64,000 bases of DNA from Vampirovibrionaceae bacterium NZW_1234 (lineage in GTDB: Bacteria > Cyanobacteriota > Vampirovibrionia > Vampirovibrionales > JAGQHJ01). The position numbers and the translations under genes are program-made. The stretch covers positions 1 through 64,000 of the forward strand of contig JBGUGD010000025.1 of assembly GCA_041697335.1 (NCBI GenBank), written 5' to 3'. The notes beneath the pieces are model-generated. The model searched no databases, was not told the DNA's origin, and saw only the letters and a list, made by a program, of their open reading frames with translations. Positions 1-10,516 of this stretch are shown here, in pieces (the first letter of the stretch is position 1; every line of letters begins with the position of its first letter).

Positions 1-388
<388 letters not shown>

Positions 389-476
389 ATTTTTGGCAAT
401 CCAATAAGTTGCAAAAAACATATTTCATCGCCTTTAGTGGCGGCTATGCAGTTCTCAGGGAACACCCGAAAGCATT

Positions 477-594
477 CCCTGGTGGTTTAGTGACTGGAAA
501 ACACCCGTTCCCATTCCGAACACGATCGTAAAGACAGCTCACAGCGACAATACTCGGACCGGCAGGTCCCGGAAAGATAGCCTTCTGCCAGGGT
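477..594 (+). rRNA. rrf: 5S rRNA
   Basis: CCCTGGTGG...CTGCCAGGG terminal helix, conserved CCCATTCCGAAC, about 118 nt, follows 23S. Confidence 0.93.
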
Positions 595-603
595 ACTTAT
601 TTT

Positions 604-639
604 AAAAAGCCTCTTTGTTTTATACAAAGAGGCTTTTTT
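604..639 (+). terminator. Rho-independent terminator of rRNA operon
   Basis: AAAAAGCCTCTTTGT-loop-ACAAAGAGGCTTTTTT hairpin with U-tract. Confidence 0.85.
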
Positions 640-964
640 CATGGAATAGGTTTCGCTTTTCCATATGGTTCTTAATAACGTGATCTTTGGACGATTTTGT
701 TCATAAAGATTCATAAACGGGTAATATATCAAAAAATATTGGTTTTATACCATTATTAATACTAGGCTGTTTGATGATGCGCAGGGTGCTTTGAGCATAG
801 GCACTGAGTTGCGTGTCTTTTGTGCAATAAGTTCATCGTGAGTTTGATCTCCATTAATCAAGCTTTTTTGAATCGTGAGCACCTTACGAGTTTAGCCTAG
901 GAGTTGATCGCTGGGAGAGACTCTAAGATCCAGGATTGGTTTCCTGTTGGGATGGTGATGACTT

Positions 965-1549
965 TTATTTGCCTTTCTCTTTCATGGATTTGAAAAGAAA
1001 GAATAGAACGAATGGATTCAAGGGTGCTGGACCCTGGGGTTCATCTTGCCACCGCTGGATATCTTGTTGTGGGGGATAGCCATTAATACCTCGATTGTTC
1101 CGTGACATTGGCGGCTGAGGACCTCGTTGCATGGCTTGCTGATTTCTTGGTGGTCCATTTTGTTCTGGGTATCCCGGACCATTGGGTCTTCGATTCTGTT
1201 GCGGGCCAGGTTGTAATGGGCCTTGTCTTCTTGCCGCCTGTCTTTGGGACGGTGGGGGCCCACCCATGGGGTTTCTCATTTGAAAGGAATCTTGTCTTTG
1301 TTGATTATCAAAGGAAGGTATATTCATCAGAAAAGAAGGGGTGTCCAGAGTTCCCACCACGCGACCGCCGCCGCCGCCCTGAAGTTTGGGCAGCACAGAC
1401 GTACTTAAGATGTCGTTAACCAATTGCATTGGGGGGGCCGTTTCCTCTTTCTTCTCTTCGCTTCTCCCTTGGGTGTCGTTTATTGCCCAAGTCATGTGTA
1501 GGAATAAAAAATATCTCCTAAACAAATAAAAAAAAGTAAACGTCTGCAA
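965..1549 (-). CDS. Hypothetical Pro/Gln/Gly-rich protein with C-terminal hydrophobic tail (start uncertain)
   Basis: 194-aa ORF of low-complexity PQG sequence ending FVLFFLFKSMKEKGK. Confidence 0.5.
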   Translation of the reverse strand: MQTFTFFYLFRRYFLFLHMTWAINDTQGRSEEKKEETAPPMQLVNDILSTSVLPKLQGGGGGRVVGTLDTPSFLMNIPSFDNQQRQDSFQMRNPMGGPPPSQRQAARRQGPLQPGPQQNRRPNGPGYPEQNGPPRNQQAMQRGPQPPMSRNNRGINGYPPQQDIQRWQDEPQGPAPLNPFVLFFLFKSMKEKGK

Positions 1550-1613
1550 TTGCCCCGAATCGGGTCTGCGTTTTTCGATTTGTTACATAACACACAGAAA
1601 AGCCAGGATAGAT

Positions 1614-2285
1614 TTAGTCTCGTTTCTGAAAGAGAAATATATGACTGCTGTAGGGTGTTTCTTTCGCCATCCCCTGACCGAGAGAAGACTCGGCCAACAA
1701 CGTATAACCTAGCCCTTCAATGCGGTTTCGAAGTTGGGAGGAAGGTCTGAAAACGGCCTGTAACGGAGCCCGGTTAATGGTTACAGGTTCTTCCCCGACG
1801 GCCAGCATATCCCGGATTAAAAGATAACCTGAAGGGTTGATGTGTTGGGTAACTGCCTCAATATAGCCGGATAAATCGTCTTCATCGCAGTAGTAACGTG
1901 TTGTTCCGATACAACAGGCAAGGCTGTACCTGCCTTCAGGCAGAGGGGGTTTAATGGATGCCACGTGGAAATGAACATTCTGAATGCCAAGGGCATAGGC
2001 ATCCTGAAGGGATGGAAGAATCAATTTTTCAGAGAGCGCATAGCCTTGAACACGTTTACAATGGTTCGCTAACACCAGAGGCAGCCATCGATTTCCACAG
2101 CCATAGTCCACAACGGTATCCGTGGACGTCAGAATCGGTATCAGCATTTGATGGATAAACCACAGTTCTGCATGGAACTGATCCGCTTGCCGGTACCAAT
2201 CCTGATAGGCTGCCCGACATACCCATTTGAATTCGGCATAATCCGGTGGCGGCTGGTTCAAGTTAGGGGTCGCTATTAAGGGCAC
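1614..2285 (-). CDS. Class I SAM-dependent methyltransferase
   Basis: Motif I VVDYGCGN; later INPSGYLLIRD. Confidence 0.8.
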   Translation of the reverse strand: MPLIATPNLNQPPPDYAEFKWVCRAAYQDWYRQADQFHAELWFIHQMLIPILTSTDTVVDYGCGNRWLPLVLANHCKRVQGYALSEKLILPSLQDAYALGIQNVHFHVASIKPPLPEGRYSLACCIGTTRYYCDEDDLSGYIEAVTQHINPSGYLLIRDMLAVGEEPVTINRAPLQAVFRPSSQLRNRIEGLGYTLLAESSLGQGMAKETPYSSHIFLFQKRD

Positions 2286-2555
2286 AATCGTTTGGGGTCT
2301 CTCTGTTGACTTAAGTTCATTGTATCACTCGCCTATCGTGTCCTGCTTGCTGGCATGGGCTTGTCCCTATTGCATCATCTTTTTGAACTCAAGCGGCTCT
2401 TTTCTGCTTCTCCCAGTTGTCTTTATGTATTGCCAGCTTCTTCAGATTTCGGCGTTATCCTCTTCTTCGCCAAAAAGAGGAGGAGTTTTGGGGCGTCAGA
2501 AAAATGCCCTCAGTGCGTTGTCGCACCAAAGGGCATTTGAAAAGCGAATTTAAAG

Positions 2556-2975
2556 TTATTTGGACTTTTTAATGGCGTCCATCACCAAGCTTCGAAGCTC
2601 TTCCGGGGTAATTTCCCGCTCAACTTTCTGAAGGGGTTTACCTTGAGCGTTATAGAGAATATAGGCCGGAATGGTGGCCAACCCATATTTATCAATATAC
2701 TTCTGTGTGCCGGGATCTTCCACATTCAAATCGACGAGATGCATTTTATCGCCGGTCTCTTTTTTCAGCACCTTCACATAGGGCTTTAACTTGCGGCAGC
2801 TACTGCACCATGGAGCCGAAAACTCCAATACGGTTACTTTCAAGCCCGGTTGCTTAACTCGGAATTCCTGTGGCAGATCGGGAATCCCGGCGGCAAAGGC
2901 ACTTAACGTGATACAGGAGGACAAAAGCAATCCTGCCATTGTCCGAGAAAATAGAGGTACAAAACGCATCATCAT
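2556..2975 (-). CDS. Exported thioredoxin-family protein
   Basis: Signal peptide, FSAPWCSSC, cis-Pro motif TIP. Confidence 0.88.
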   Translation of the reverse strand: MMMRFVPLFSRTMAGLLLSSCITLSAFAAGIPDLPQEFRVKQPGLKVTVLEFSAPWCSSCRKLKPYVKVLKKETGDKMHLVDLNVEDPGTQKYIDKYGLATIPAYILYNAQGKPLQKVEREITPEELRSLVMDAIKKSK

Positions 2976-3016
2976 ATCAATCCTTTTGCTTTGTGAAACT
3001 ACGTCCTCTACACAAG

Positions 3017-3745
3017 TTAGATCAGGCCCAGCATCTGGAGAAACTGGTTCCAGACACCCAGCCCTTGGGCAATAAACATCGCCCCAACCAGAAGAAACGC
3101 CACGGCGCTGACTTTATTCAGAGTGGACCCAACTTTGCGGAAGGTGCCCATATGCTTGAGCATTCCTGTTCCCAGACCCACAATCATCAGCAGCACACCT
3201 TGGCCTAAAGCATAACTAAACAGGCTGGTCCCTCCCAGAAGGATGTCATTCTCGTGACTGATAAAGCCCAAAATGGCTAACAGAAACGGAGTGCCGCAAG
3301 GGGACGATGCCGTACCAAAAGCCATACCCAAAACCAACGGGGTCAGGTAGCGGCCATAATTGGTTTCAGGAAGTTTGGTGACAAACTGCGGCAAGGGCAG
3401 GTGAATGACTTCCAGAAGCTGGAGGCCCATTAAAATGGCCAGAGCCCCAATCGTATAATACCAGCCACTGCCTAAAACGTTCCCGAATGTCAGTCCAAGA
3501 ACGCTGGCGGCAACGCCCAGGATGGTCATGATAATGGCAATCCCCAGAATGAACATGGCCAGCTGGAGAAACAGTTTGAACTTGGAATCTTCACCGTACC
3601 CGGTAATGTAACCGATAATAACCGGGAGCATTCCTACGGCACAGGGTAATAACGAGCTAATGATACCGCCCACAAAGGCAATACCGATGACGCCAATCGA
3701 ACGGGCACCGTAGTGCTCCAGGAGCAGTCCGCTTAAATCCATCAT
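3017..3745 (-). CDS. ccdA: CcdA/DsbD-family transmembrane disulfide transporter
   Basis: SLLPC and SPCGTP Cys motifs in a multi-TM protein. Confidence 0.88.
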   Translation of the reverse strand: MMDLSGLLLEHYGARSIGVIGIAFVGGIISSLLPCAVGMLPVIIGYITGYGEDSKFKLFLQLAMFILGIAIIMTILGVAASVLGLTFGNVLGSGWYYTIGALAILMGLQLLEVIHLPLPQFVTKLPETNYGRYLTPLVLGMAFGTASSPCGTPFLLAILGFISHENDILLGGTSLFSYALGQGVLLMIVGLGTGMLKHMGTFRKVGSTLNKVSAVAFLLVGAMFIAQGLGVWNQFLQMLGLI

Positions 3746-4284
3746 GATTGTTTGGGGGCCTCCGCTGTCATGGCATTCAGATTTTCCATCAGGGGTTTTA
3801 ACTCTTCAGCGGGGTGATAATCGTATTTCACATTCACGATTTTACCGCCGGGGGCGATAAACACCAGCACAGGGACGGCCGTCGGCTTAAAGAGTTTCAA
3901 GATGTCCCCATGGGCTTGCCGATCCCGCATGACATCAAAGCCCTTAAAAACAATATTCTTATATTGCGGCATCATCGTATGAAGCACCGGCTCCAGTTTC
4001 TGGCAATCCAGGCAATACTTTGAGGAAAAATCAATCAGTACGGGCTTATCCTTGGCTTCAGGTAAAACCTGAACCAGTTGCTCCGGAGTGACCCGGTTAA
4101 TGCCAATATAAATGGCAGCATCAGCAGACTTGACACCACCTTTAGGGTGAAGGCTGCACGACGTTGCTCCCGTAATCAGCGCTGCTCCCAGCATGAGGGC
4201 CAGGGTCATTTGGGTAAATAAGGACACCTTGCTACGACTTGTCTTGGAAGGCTTATGGGGGGCCTGTTGTGTCAGTTGTGGCAT
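3742..4284 (-). CDS. Membrane-anchored/lipoprotein thioredoxin-family protein
   Basis: PVLIDFSSKYCLDC, AVP cis-Pro motif, N-terminal hydrophobic segment ending ATSC. Confidence 0.85.
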   Translation of the reverse strand: MPQLTQQAPHKPSKTSRSKVSLFTQMTLALMLGAALITGATSCSLHPKGGVKSADAAIYIGINRVTPEQLVQVLPEAKDKPVLIDFSSKYCLDCQKLEPVLHTMMPQYKNIVFKGFDVMRDRQAHGDILKLFKPTAVPVLVFIAPGGKIVNVKYDYHPAEELKPLMENLNAMTAEAPKQS

Positions 4285-4435
4285 GTAAGAACTCCATTTC
4301 CTATCTGACTTGATTCAACGCAATGCACGGGAGGCAATATTTAAACCTGGGAAGCAGGACTTCGATCTCGGCTGTAAACCAATCAAAATCAACGGACGAG
4401 GGTTCACTGCCCCATGCATTCATTATAGGCTTGAA

Positions 4436-6244
4436 TTACTGATTGGTAATCCGGTGGACCAGACTTGCCAAATCATCAGCCTTGAAGACCGGCAATGAAC
4501 AACGACTGTTGGTGCACACGAAGGCAGCCGCTTTTTCCAATTCGGGGTATTCGACATCGGGGTTTGGCATCGGACCTTCACGCTTATCCCACCACTCAAC
4601 CCGCTTATAGAGCGAGGGATATTTTACGGCCGCCTCGAACAGCTGTTGAGCCTGCTGATCGTCTTTGTGACCCACAATGGTAATGTGTAGCGGTGGCTGG
4701 GATAATTCACTGTCTGCCAGCAACACGGGAGCCGGAAAGTATTGGTCGGCAATGCTGGGGGTCGCCAAAAAACGCATGGAATTGGCTGCAATCGTCCGGT
4801 ATTCGGGGTCTCCGGTGTAATGAGCCAATAAATTGGCAAAGCGGGCCACCAGGACGTTTTCATCCCTGGAGGTGAGCGGTTTTGCCGGATTGTTGGGGCT
4901 GTGGTTTTCGGCACTGATGTATCCCGGAGCCCCATCCGGATCCTTGAACCGGGTGTCGATAAATTTGGCGGCAGCCTGGGCTTTGTTGAGATAGTCCCGG
5001 TTGCCGGTAGCCTGATACAGTGTCAGAAAGGCGCGACCCATGGAGATGGTATCACCCAGGTAAGGGCCGGCAACATCCTTTTCGTCGTGGCGAAAACCGC
5101 CATCGGGGAGACTCCTGTTTTCGAGAACCCAGTTCATTGCTTTTTCAGCCCGCTTCAAATAGGTTTCGTCCTGGGTTGCAATGTATAAATGAGCCAAGGC
5201 ATTAATTACCCAGCCGTTTTCCCGGGCATAGGAGTGCTTATCGATGCGGGGCATTCCCAGCTTGCGGCGCTCGGCATCGTTTAAGGCAAAATACTCACCG
5301 CTGTGCTCACCTTGGATCAGGTCGGCATCCTGGCTGGTATAGTAGGCCCCTTCCGGGCTGGACAGGAAATTCTCCAGGTAGCTGTAAATCTTTTCTGCGG
5401 TATCCAAATGAGCTGGATCTTTCCATAGGCTGTAGGCTTGAGCATAGATGCGCAGGTTTTCGGCCTGGACGGACATGATTTTTTCAAAGTGGGGGTGCTT
5501 CCAGTCCCCATGGGTGGAGTACTGGTAGATCCCACCCCAGACCGGGTCCAATAGATTGACCTGAACTTTAAGTGTTTCTTTGACTTGGTTCTCAGCTTCT
5601 TTATCCCCGGTACGGGCTTTGGCCATGGCATATTCCACGCTGTCCCAATCCATGAATTTATGAGAACCGATGCTCCAGCCACCCTCTTCGGTATCGTACT
5701 GGTTGGCTTGAATTTCCTCCAGGTCCTTGCGTAAGTCTTCGGCCAGGAAGGGATCCGTCGAGTAATCTTTCGAACTCAGTTTGAGAGACTCATCGTCATC
5801 GGGCTCCGGAACAGGGTTTGCAACCAGTTTTTTAAGCAGGGGCACCATTTCTTCCGGTGGGATGTACCCAGCTCGCTTAGCCAATTCGGTACCATTGGGA
5901 GCATAAATCACGGTGGCGGGCCAGCCATAATCCATGTAGCGGTTCGAGAGGTCGGGGCGAGAGTCCTGATCCACGCGAACAGGAATAAACTTGGATTTTA
6001 AAATCTTCATGACTTCGGGGTTGTGATAGGTTTTTTCTTCCATGACGTGACACCAATGGCACCATACGGCTTCCAGATCCAGAATCACAAACCGGTTTTC
6101 TTTCTTGGCTTGCTCAAAAACACTGTCGGACCAGCCAGACCATTGAAGTCCAGAACTCTCAGATGCAAATACAACAGAAGGAAGGCTGGAAAAACCCACA
6201 GACAAGCTGGTGGCCAGCATGAAGGAGATGATTCGTTTTTTCAA
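4436..6244 (-). CDS. YyaL/SSP411-like thioredoxin-domain protein (DUF255 + alpha/alpha toroid)
   Basis: WCHWCHVME, GWPAT, PHFEKI, C-terminal AFVCTNSRCSLP; signal peptide. Confidence 0.9.
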   Translation of the reverse strand: MKKRIISFMLATSLSVGFSSLPSVVFASESSGLQWSGWSDSVFEQAKKENRFVILDLEAVWCHWCHVMEEKTYHNPEVMKILKSKFIPVRVDQDSRPDLSNRYMDYGWPATVIYAPNGTELAKRAGYIPPEEMVPLLKKLVANPVPEPDDDESLKLSSKDYSTDPFLAEDLRKDLEEIQANQYDTEEGGWSIGSHKFMDWDSVEYAMAKARTGDKEAENQVKETLKVQVNLLDPVWGGIYQYSTHGDWKHPHFEKIMSVQAENLRIYAQAYSLWKDPAHLDTAEKIYSYLENFLSSPEGAYYTSQDADLIQGEHSGEYFALNDAERRKLGMPRIDKHSYARENGWVINALAHLYIATQDETYLKRAEKAMNWVLENRSLPDGGFRHDEKDVAGPYLGDTISMGRAFLTLYQATGNRDYLNKAQAAAKFIDTRFKDPDGAPGYISAENHSPNNPAKPLTSRDENVLVARFANLLAHYTGDPEYRTIAANSMRFLATPSIADQYFPAPVLLADSELSQPPLHITIVGHKDDQQAQQLFEAAVKYPSLYKRVEWWDKREGPMPNPDVEYPELEKAAAFVCTNSRCSLPVFKADDLASLVHRITNQ

Positions 6245-6501
6245 GGGATGCCTCTTTCGACAGGTGTCACATCATACATAAGGTTGCATTACTTCCTTAT
6301 TCTATCAGAGCGCAATGGGGGGCAGACCCATCAACCACATGAGTCTTCAGGGTTGAGTCTGCTACGGGTTTCCTGAGAACAGACGGTTGGAATGGATAGA
6401 GAGGACTAGGTGTTACAAGAATGCAACACGGGCTCAAGAATTCGTGGATGTCGCTCGATACCATGGGCATCTCTCAAGAAATGTAACGTGGATCGCTTGA
6501 A

Positions 6502-6945
6502 ATGTACCCGAACACCTCCTCGTCGAGGAAATCACCTGAGACTATGAAACGCCAGAAACGATGGTACGAGAAAAACCCCCTGACCCGAGAAGCGATGGAA
6601 ATTTGGCGCGATATGCCGCACCCCATTCGTCGGGGTCTGGGTAAATTCATCTTTAATATCTGTACCAGCTCCCGTGCCTATCGGGAGGGGCGCTTGGACT
6701 CGGTACCCAACATGTTTCCCGAATTGTACCTGATGTTCCGCAAGCGTCGCTGGTATGACCAAGACCCGATTGTTCGCAAGGCTTTTATTGCCATGGGCTA
6801 TACCAGTCATCGCGAGATTGTCTGGCTTGCCGAACGCATTGTGGTGCTGAAAAAGCTCCTGGAACAACAGGCTCTGGATGGGGATTATATGTCCGAGGAT
6901 CAAATCGATCGCATGTTGTCCTCTGTTTTTGCCCGAAGCCATTAA
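6502..6945 (+). CDS. Hypothetical protein with duplicated RWY(D/E)xxP motif
   Basis: KRWYEKNPLTREA and RRWYDQDPIVRKA. Confidence 0.7.
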   Translation: MYPNTSSSRKSPETMKRQKRWYEKNPLTREAMEIWRDMPHPIRRGLGKFIFNICTSSRAYREGRLDSVPNMFPELYLMFRKRRWYDQDPIVRKAFIAMGYTSHREIVWLAERIVVLKKLLEQQALDGDYMSEDQIDRMLSSVFARSH

Positions 6946-6998
6946 CGCCTCAGAATTTCATCCTTCCTTCGTGCCCAGGCAGCCTTCCCGGCCCACAG

Positions 6999-7790
6999 TC
7001 ATGCTGACTTTTCAGCGGAAGGTGTGACGCGGGTTCCCAGTGTTGAGTCCATCGCGGATGCGGGCTTGTATAAGCCATTATCGAAAATATACTCTTCCAC
7101 TTTTCGAGGCACCAGCTTTAACAGACGTTTACCTTGGGCGGCCAGGGTTCTGACCAAGGTCGAGGACACCTTCATTGGGGGTGTTTTAACGGGTTTAATG
7201 CTGAGTGGAATCTGTTTACCGTTATAATTCAGCACGGTGGGCAAATCGGCTTGGGTCTTGTCTCGGGGCGAGATGTACAAATCACAATTCTCAAGAATGA
7301 TGGGGCCCCGATCGCCCCAGAACTGGGGCATGGTTTCCAGAACATCCAGACCCATACCCATGGGGTAGCGAACCCCTTTATCTTTAAACAGGGTCCGAAA
7401 GCCGGGACACAGATGTTCAAGGGTATTGATGGTGTAATTGGGTGGAGGCAGATGATTCTCAATGTCAGACACAGAGACATCCGTCAGGTTTTCCATGGCC
7501 AGTTTCGCCATGGCCAGGCGATGATGAAACGGCGTGGCTTTTTTGGCATCCTTGACCGGGTGGGCTGCTGCAGGCACAAATTGAACCTTGATGTTGTACT
7601 GGTCCCGGATAGCTTTGGCTAAAAACCAGTGCCCCCAATGGGTGGGGTCGGCGGCGCTGCCCAGAAAACATTCATTCAGGACGGGCGTGCTCTGCCCGAA
7701 CCGAACCGAAGATTGGCGATTGGCCTGTTGCCCGCGACGGGCAAGGGATAATGACGCAAGGGAGGAAGAAAACCGGATCACACCCATCAC
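6999..7790 (-). CDS. nadD: NadD-like nucleotidyltransferase (HxGH family) with N-terminal RFG leader
   Basis: DPTHWGH, HRLAM, YTINTL, VSSTLVR, VEEYIFDNGLY. Confidence 0.8.
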   Translation of the reverse strand: MMGVIRFSSSLASLSLARRGQQANRQSSVRFGQSTPVLNECFLGSAADPTHWGHWFLAKAIRDQYNIKVQFVPAAAHPVKDAKKATPFHHRLAMAKLAMENLTDVSVSDIENHLPPPNYTINTLEHLCPGFRTLFKDKGVRYPMGMGLDVLETMPQFWGDRGPIILENCDLYISPRDKTQADLPTVLNYNGKQIPLSIKPVKTPPMKVSSTLVRTLAAQGKRLLKLVPRKVEEYIFDNGLYKPASAMDSTLGTRVTPSAEKSA

Positions 7791-7904
7791 ACCTCAAAAA
7801 ACCTCATCCGTTGATGATACTCATTCAAGAGAAAGAGCAAAGTCTTCAGCAGGATATTGCAACGAACGGTAACAATAGCGCCTCAGAAAACTGTTGTGCA
7901 ATGG

Positions 7905-9203
7905 CTAGCGTGTGGGATTCGCAGGGGCGGATGTCGGTTTTTTCCCTGATCCGATACCGGTCAGGGCCCGAAGGAACCAACCGCGCCAGGTCTTCGGATC
8001 GATCTGGCTGTCAATCAGTTGGCTTAACAACTTCGTCCGTCCTTCCTCCGTATGTAGATCGCCGGCTTGGGAGAGGATCTGGTTAATGATGGCTTCCTGC
8101 CCTCCCAGGGCTTCAACGGCGGTATTAACCAGTTTCTTCTGGCCTTCCGGTGTGTTGACATCGTTGATCACCGGGAGGGCCTCCTTGAGTTTGGCAAATA
8201 ACGTGTTGATCAGTTCTTCTTTGCCGCCCAGGGTTTCAACCAGGGCCCCCATCAATTCTTTTTGGCCTTGAGGGTCATTAATTTTCTCCACCAGCGGCTT
8301 AAACTTCCGGGCCAGGGCATTCACCAGATCCCGGGACAGATCTTTATCCTTGATGGCCTGTGCCAGGGCATCGACGAGGTTGTTGTCCTTAATGGCTTTC
8401 CCCAGGGCCTGGCTGAGTTCTTCCATGCCGTTTTCGCCCTTGAGCTTTTTGGCCAGATCCGGGTAGCGTTGCTCGGCAACCGTAAGCAGCATATCGATGA
8501 GTTTCTTTTGGCCCTTTTCGTCTTTCAGGAGTTTAAGAACAGGATCCAACTGGGGTTTAACCGCTTCGAGGCCATCTTTAATGATCTCCTGGCGCTCTTC
8601 CTTGCGTCCGAACATGTTTTTCATGTATTCGGTTAAGGAGTTCCATTTGAAGGCGATGAACGCGGCGGCCGAACCCACAATGGCGAGGATACCGCCCACG
8701 GTTATCCAGCGACGGTAGCGGCGATAGAAGGAGCGTTTGATGGGTTTTTTAGGTTCCTCTGGCGGGGGCTCTGCCGATTTGGTTTCGACAGGGGCTTCTG
8801 TCTGTGACGCCTCTTTTTCAGCCAGCAATTCCTGTAACGAAGGGAAGCTCATGGGTTGGTGGCGCATGGGCAACCCTTGGGCATGGCGATAGCGCTGCCA
8901 ATAATCCGTTTGCCCATACCCTGAGTTGGAATAAGGTGAATACTGACCGGCATATTGGCCATAGTATCCTGCCTGTCCCGTTTGGGCACCCGAGTAGCCA
9001 TAGGGCGAACTCCCCTGGCCATATCCTGTTTGTGAATAAGGAGACCATGGCGCCGTACGCGCAATTTGCGCGTACGGAGAAGAAACATATCCCCGTTGCG
9101 TATAGGGAGACCCGGCAGATGGATAGGCCGTGGTGGTTGTGGGTATGGGTGAGTACAAGGGAAACCCCTCCGTCATGAATGCAAGGATTCGTTTGGGATG
9201 CAT
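7905..9203 (-). CDS. Hypothetical membrane protein: Tyr/Gly/Gln-rich N-terminus, one TM, helical repeats
   Basis: YGQ-rich region, TM WITVGGILAIVGSAAAFIAF, repeated (P)xGQKxL...LGGxE units. Confidence 0.75.
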   Translation of the reverse strand: MHPKRILAFMTEGFPLYSPIPTTTTAYPSAGSPYTQRGYVSSPYAQIARTAPWSPYSQTGYGQGSSPYGYSGAQTGQAGYYGQYAGQYSPYSNSGYGQTDYWQRYRHAQGLPMRHQPMSFPSLQELLAEKEASQTEAPVETKSAEPPPEEPKKPIKRSFYRRYRRWITVGGILAIVGSAAAFIAFKWNSLTEYMKNMFGRKEERQEIIKDGLEAVKPQLDPVLKLLKDEKGQKKLIDMLLTVAEQRYPDLAKKLKGENGMEELSQALGKAIKDNNLVDALAQAIKDKDLSRDLVNALARKFKPLVEKINDPQGQKELMGALVETLGGKEELINTLFAKLKEALPVINDVNTPEGQKKLVNTAVEALGGQEAIINQILSQAGDLHTEEGRTKLLSQLIDSQIDPKTWRGWFLRALTGIGSGKKPTSAPANPTR

Positions 9204-9501
9204 TCGTGTTGTGTCGTCAGTAATAAAACCCCTCCAGACGGTTTTGTGACAGGCAATTTCCCAGGCGTGAAACGGACGCTTTGAGCTTATTTCACATGGT
9301 CTATCCTGAGGGGGGGATCAGATTCTATGAGAGGAACGGAAAAGTTTTCCGTTCCTCTGACTTGAAATTGCCCAACACACATCATTCATGGGGCTTCTAG
9401 GTCATTCAGCGGATTTTTCACCAAGATCCCTTAGATGCTACAGGGACAAAATGCAGGGGATTCGATACAATAGGGAAGTCGTATTTTGAAAACAGGCTGA
9501 A

Positions 9502-10491
9502 TTGCAATCCCCTATGTTATCTGATCACAAGACCATTATCGTCCTGGACCTCGAAACCACAGGGTTGGACCACCGTACGGAGCGGATTTTGGAGTTTGGG
9601 GCCGTTCGCCTCGAAAACGGCGAAGTGGTGGATGAGTATGAAACCCTGGTGAATCCGGAAGTCCCGATTCGCCACAGCAGCTTTAACATTCATGGCATCT
9701 CCGAGGAGATGGTGAAGGATGCCCCCAAGATCGAAGAAGTGATGCCCAAGATTCTGGAATTTATTGGGGAACATCCTTTTGTGGCCCACAGCGCCATTTT
9801 TGACTACAGCTTCCTGAATGAGACCATGAAGCGCCTTTATGAAAAGCGCCTGACCAATTTGCGGATTGATACCTTTGATATGTTTCGGGTGGTCTTTCCG
9901 GAAGAGCCCAGCCATGGGTTGTCGGCCTTGTTGAGCAAGTTTGGCTATGCCTCGGATGTGAAGCATCGGGCCCTGGACGATGCCAAGAATCTGGCCCTGG
10001 TGTATCCGAAACTTCGGGAACTTTATGAACAGCAAATTTCCTGGCAGCTTTCCCAGTTGACCAATGTGCCCTATCTGGCCGAGCGTTACTTGCGGTTGCA
10101 GAAAACCATCCAGATGCTTCAGGCTGAAGCCGGTGATCTGCGTGAGATCTTCAAGATTTATTTTCAGGAGGGCGGTAAGCCCTTGCTCACCACGTCTGGT
10201 GAATTAATGGTGTCGTCCTATCGGCGCAACTATGAATACAATGAACCGGCGCTTCGTCAGATTATCGAAATGGCGGGCTTGGGGCATCAGGCATTTAAAG
10301 TGAACACCAAAGTGGTGGATCGACTGATCGATCGCAACGATACCGATGCCGATGTTCGTGCGGCCCTCAAGGAAGCGCGAGTTCAGATGTCTGAGTCACG
10401 TCTGATTTCCTTCATCAAGCCGACCGAGACCGTTGAGATTACGTCCATTGCCGAAGAGGAACCGGCGAAAGAAGAAGTCTCTTCCGAGTAA
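9502..10491 (+). CDS. DEDDh 3'-5' exonuclease (DNA polymerase III epsilon-like)
   Basis: VLDLETTGL, VAHSAIFD, HRALDDA. Confidence 0.9.
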   Translation: MQSPMLSDHKTIIVLDLETTGLDHRTERILEFGAVRLENGEVVDEYETLVNPEVPIRHSSFNIHGISEEMVKDAPKIEEVMPKILEFIGEHPFVAHSAIFDYSFLNETMKRLYEKRLTNLRIDTFDMFRVVFPEEPSHGLSALLSKFGYASDVKHRALDDAKNLALVYPKLRELYEQQISWQLSQLTNVPYLAERYLRLQKTIQMLQAEAGDLREIFKIYFQEGGKPLLTTSGELMVSSYRRNYEYNEPALRQIIEMAGLGHQAFKVNTKVVDRLIDRNDTDADVRAALKEARVQMSESRLISFIKPTETVEITSIAEEEPAKEEVSSE

Positions 10492-10516
10492 TTCATCGAA
10501 TACTTCACGATTAGGG

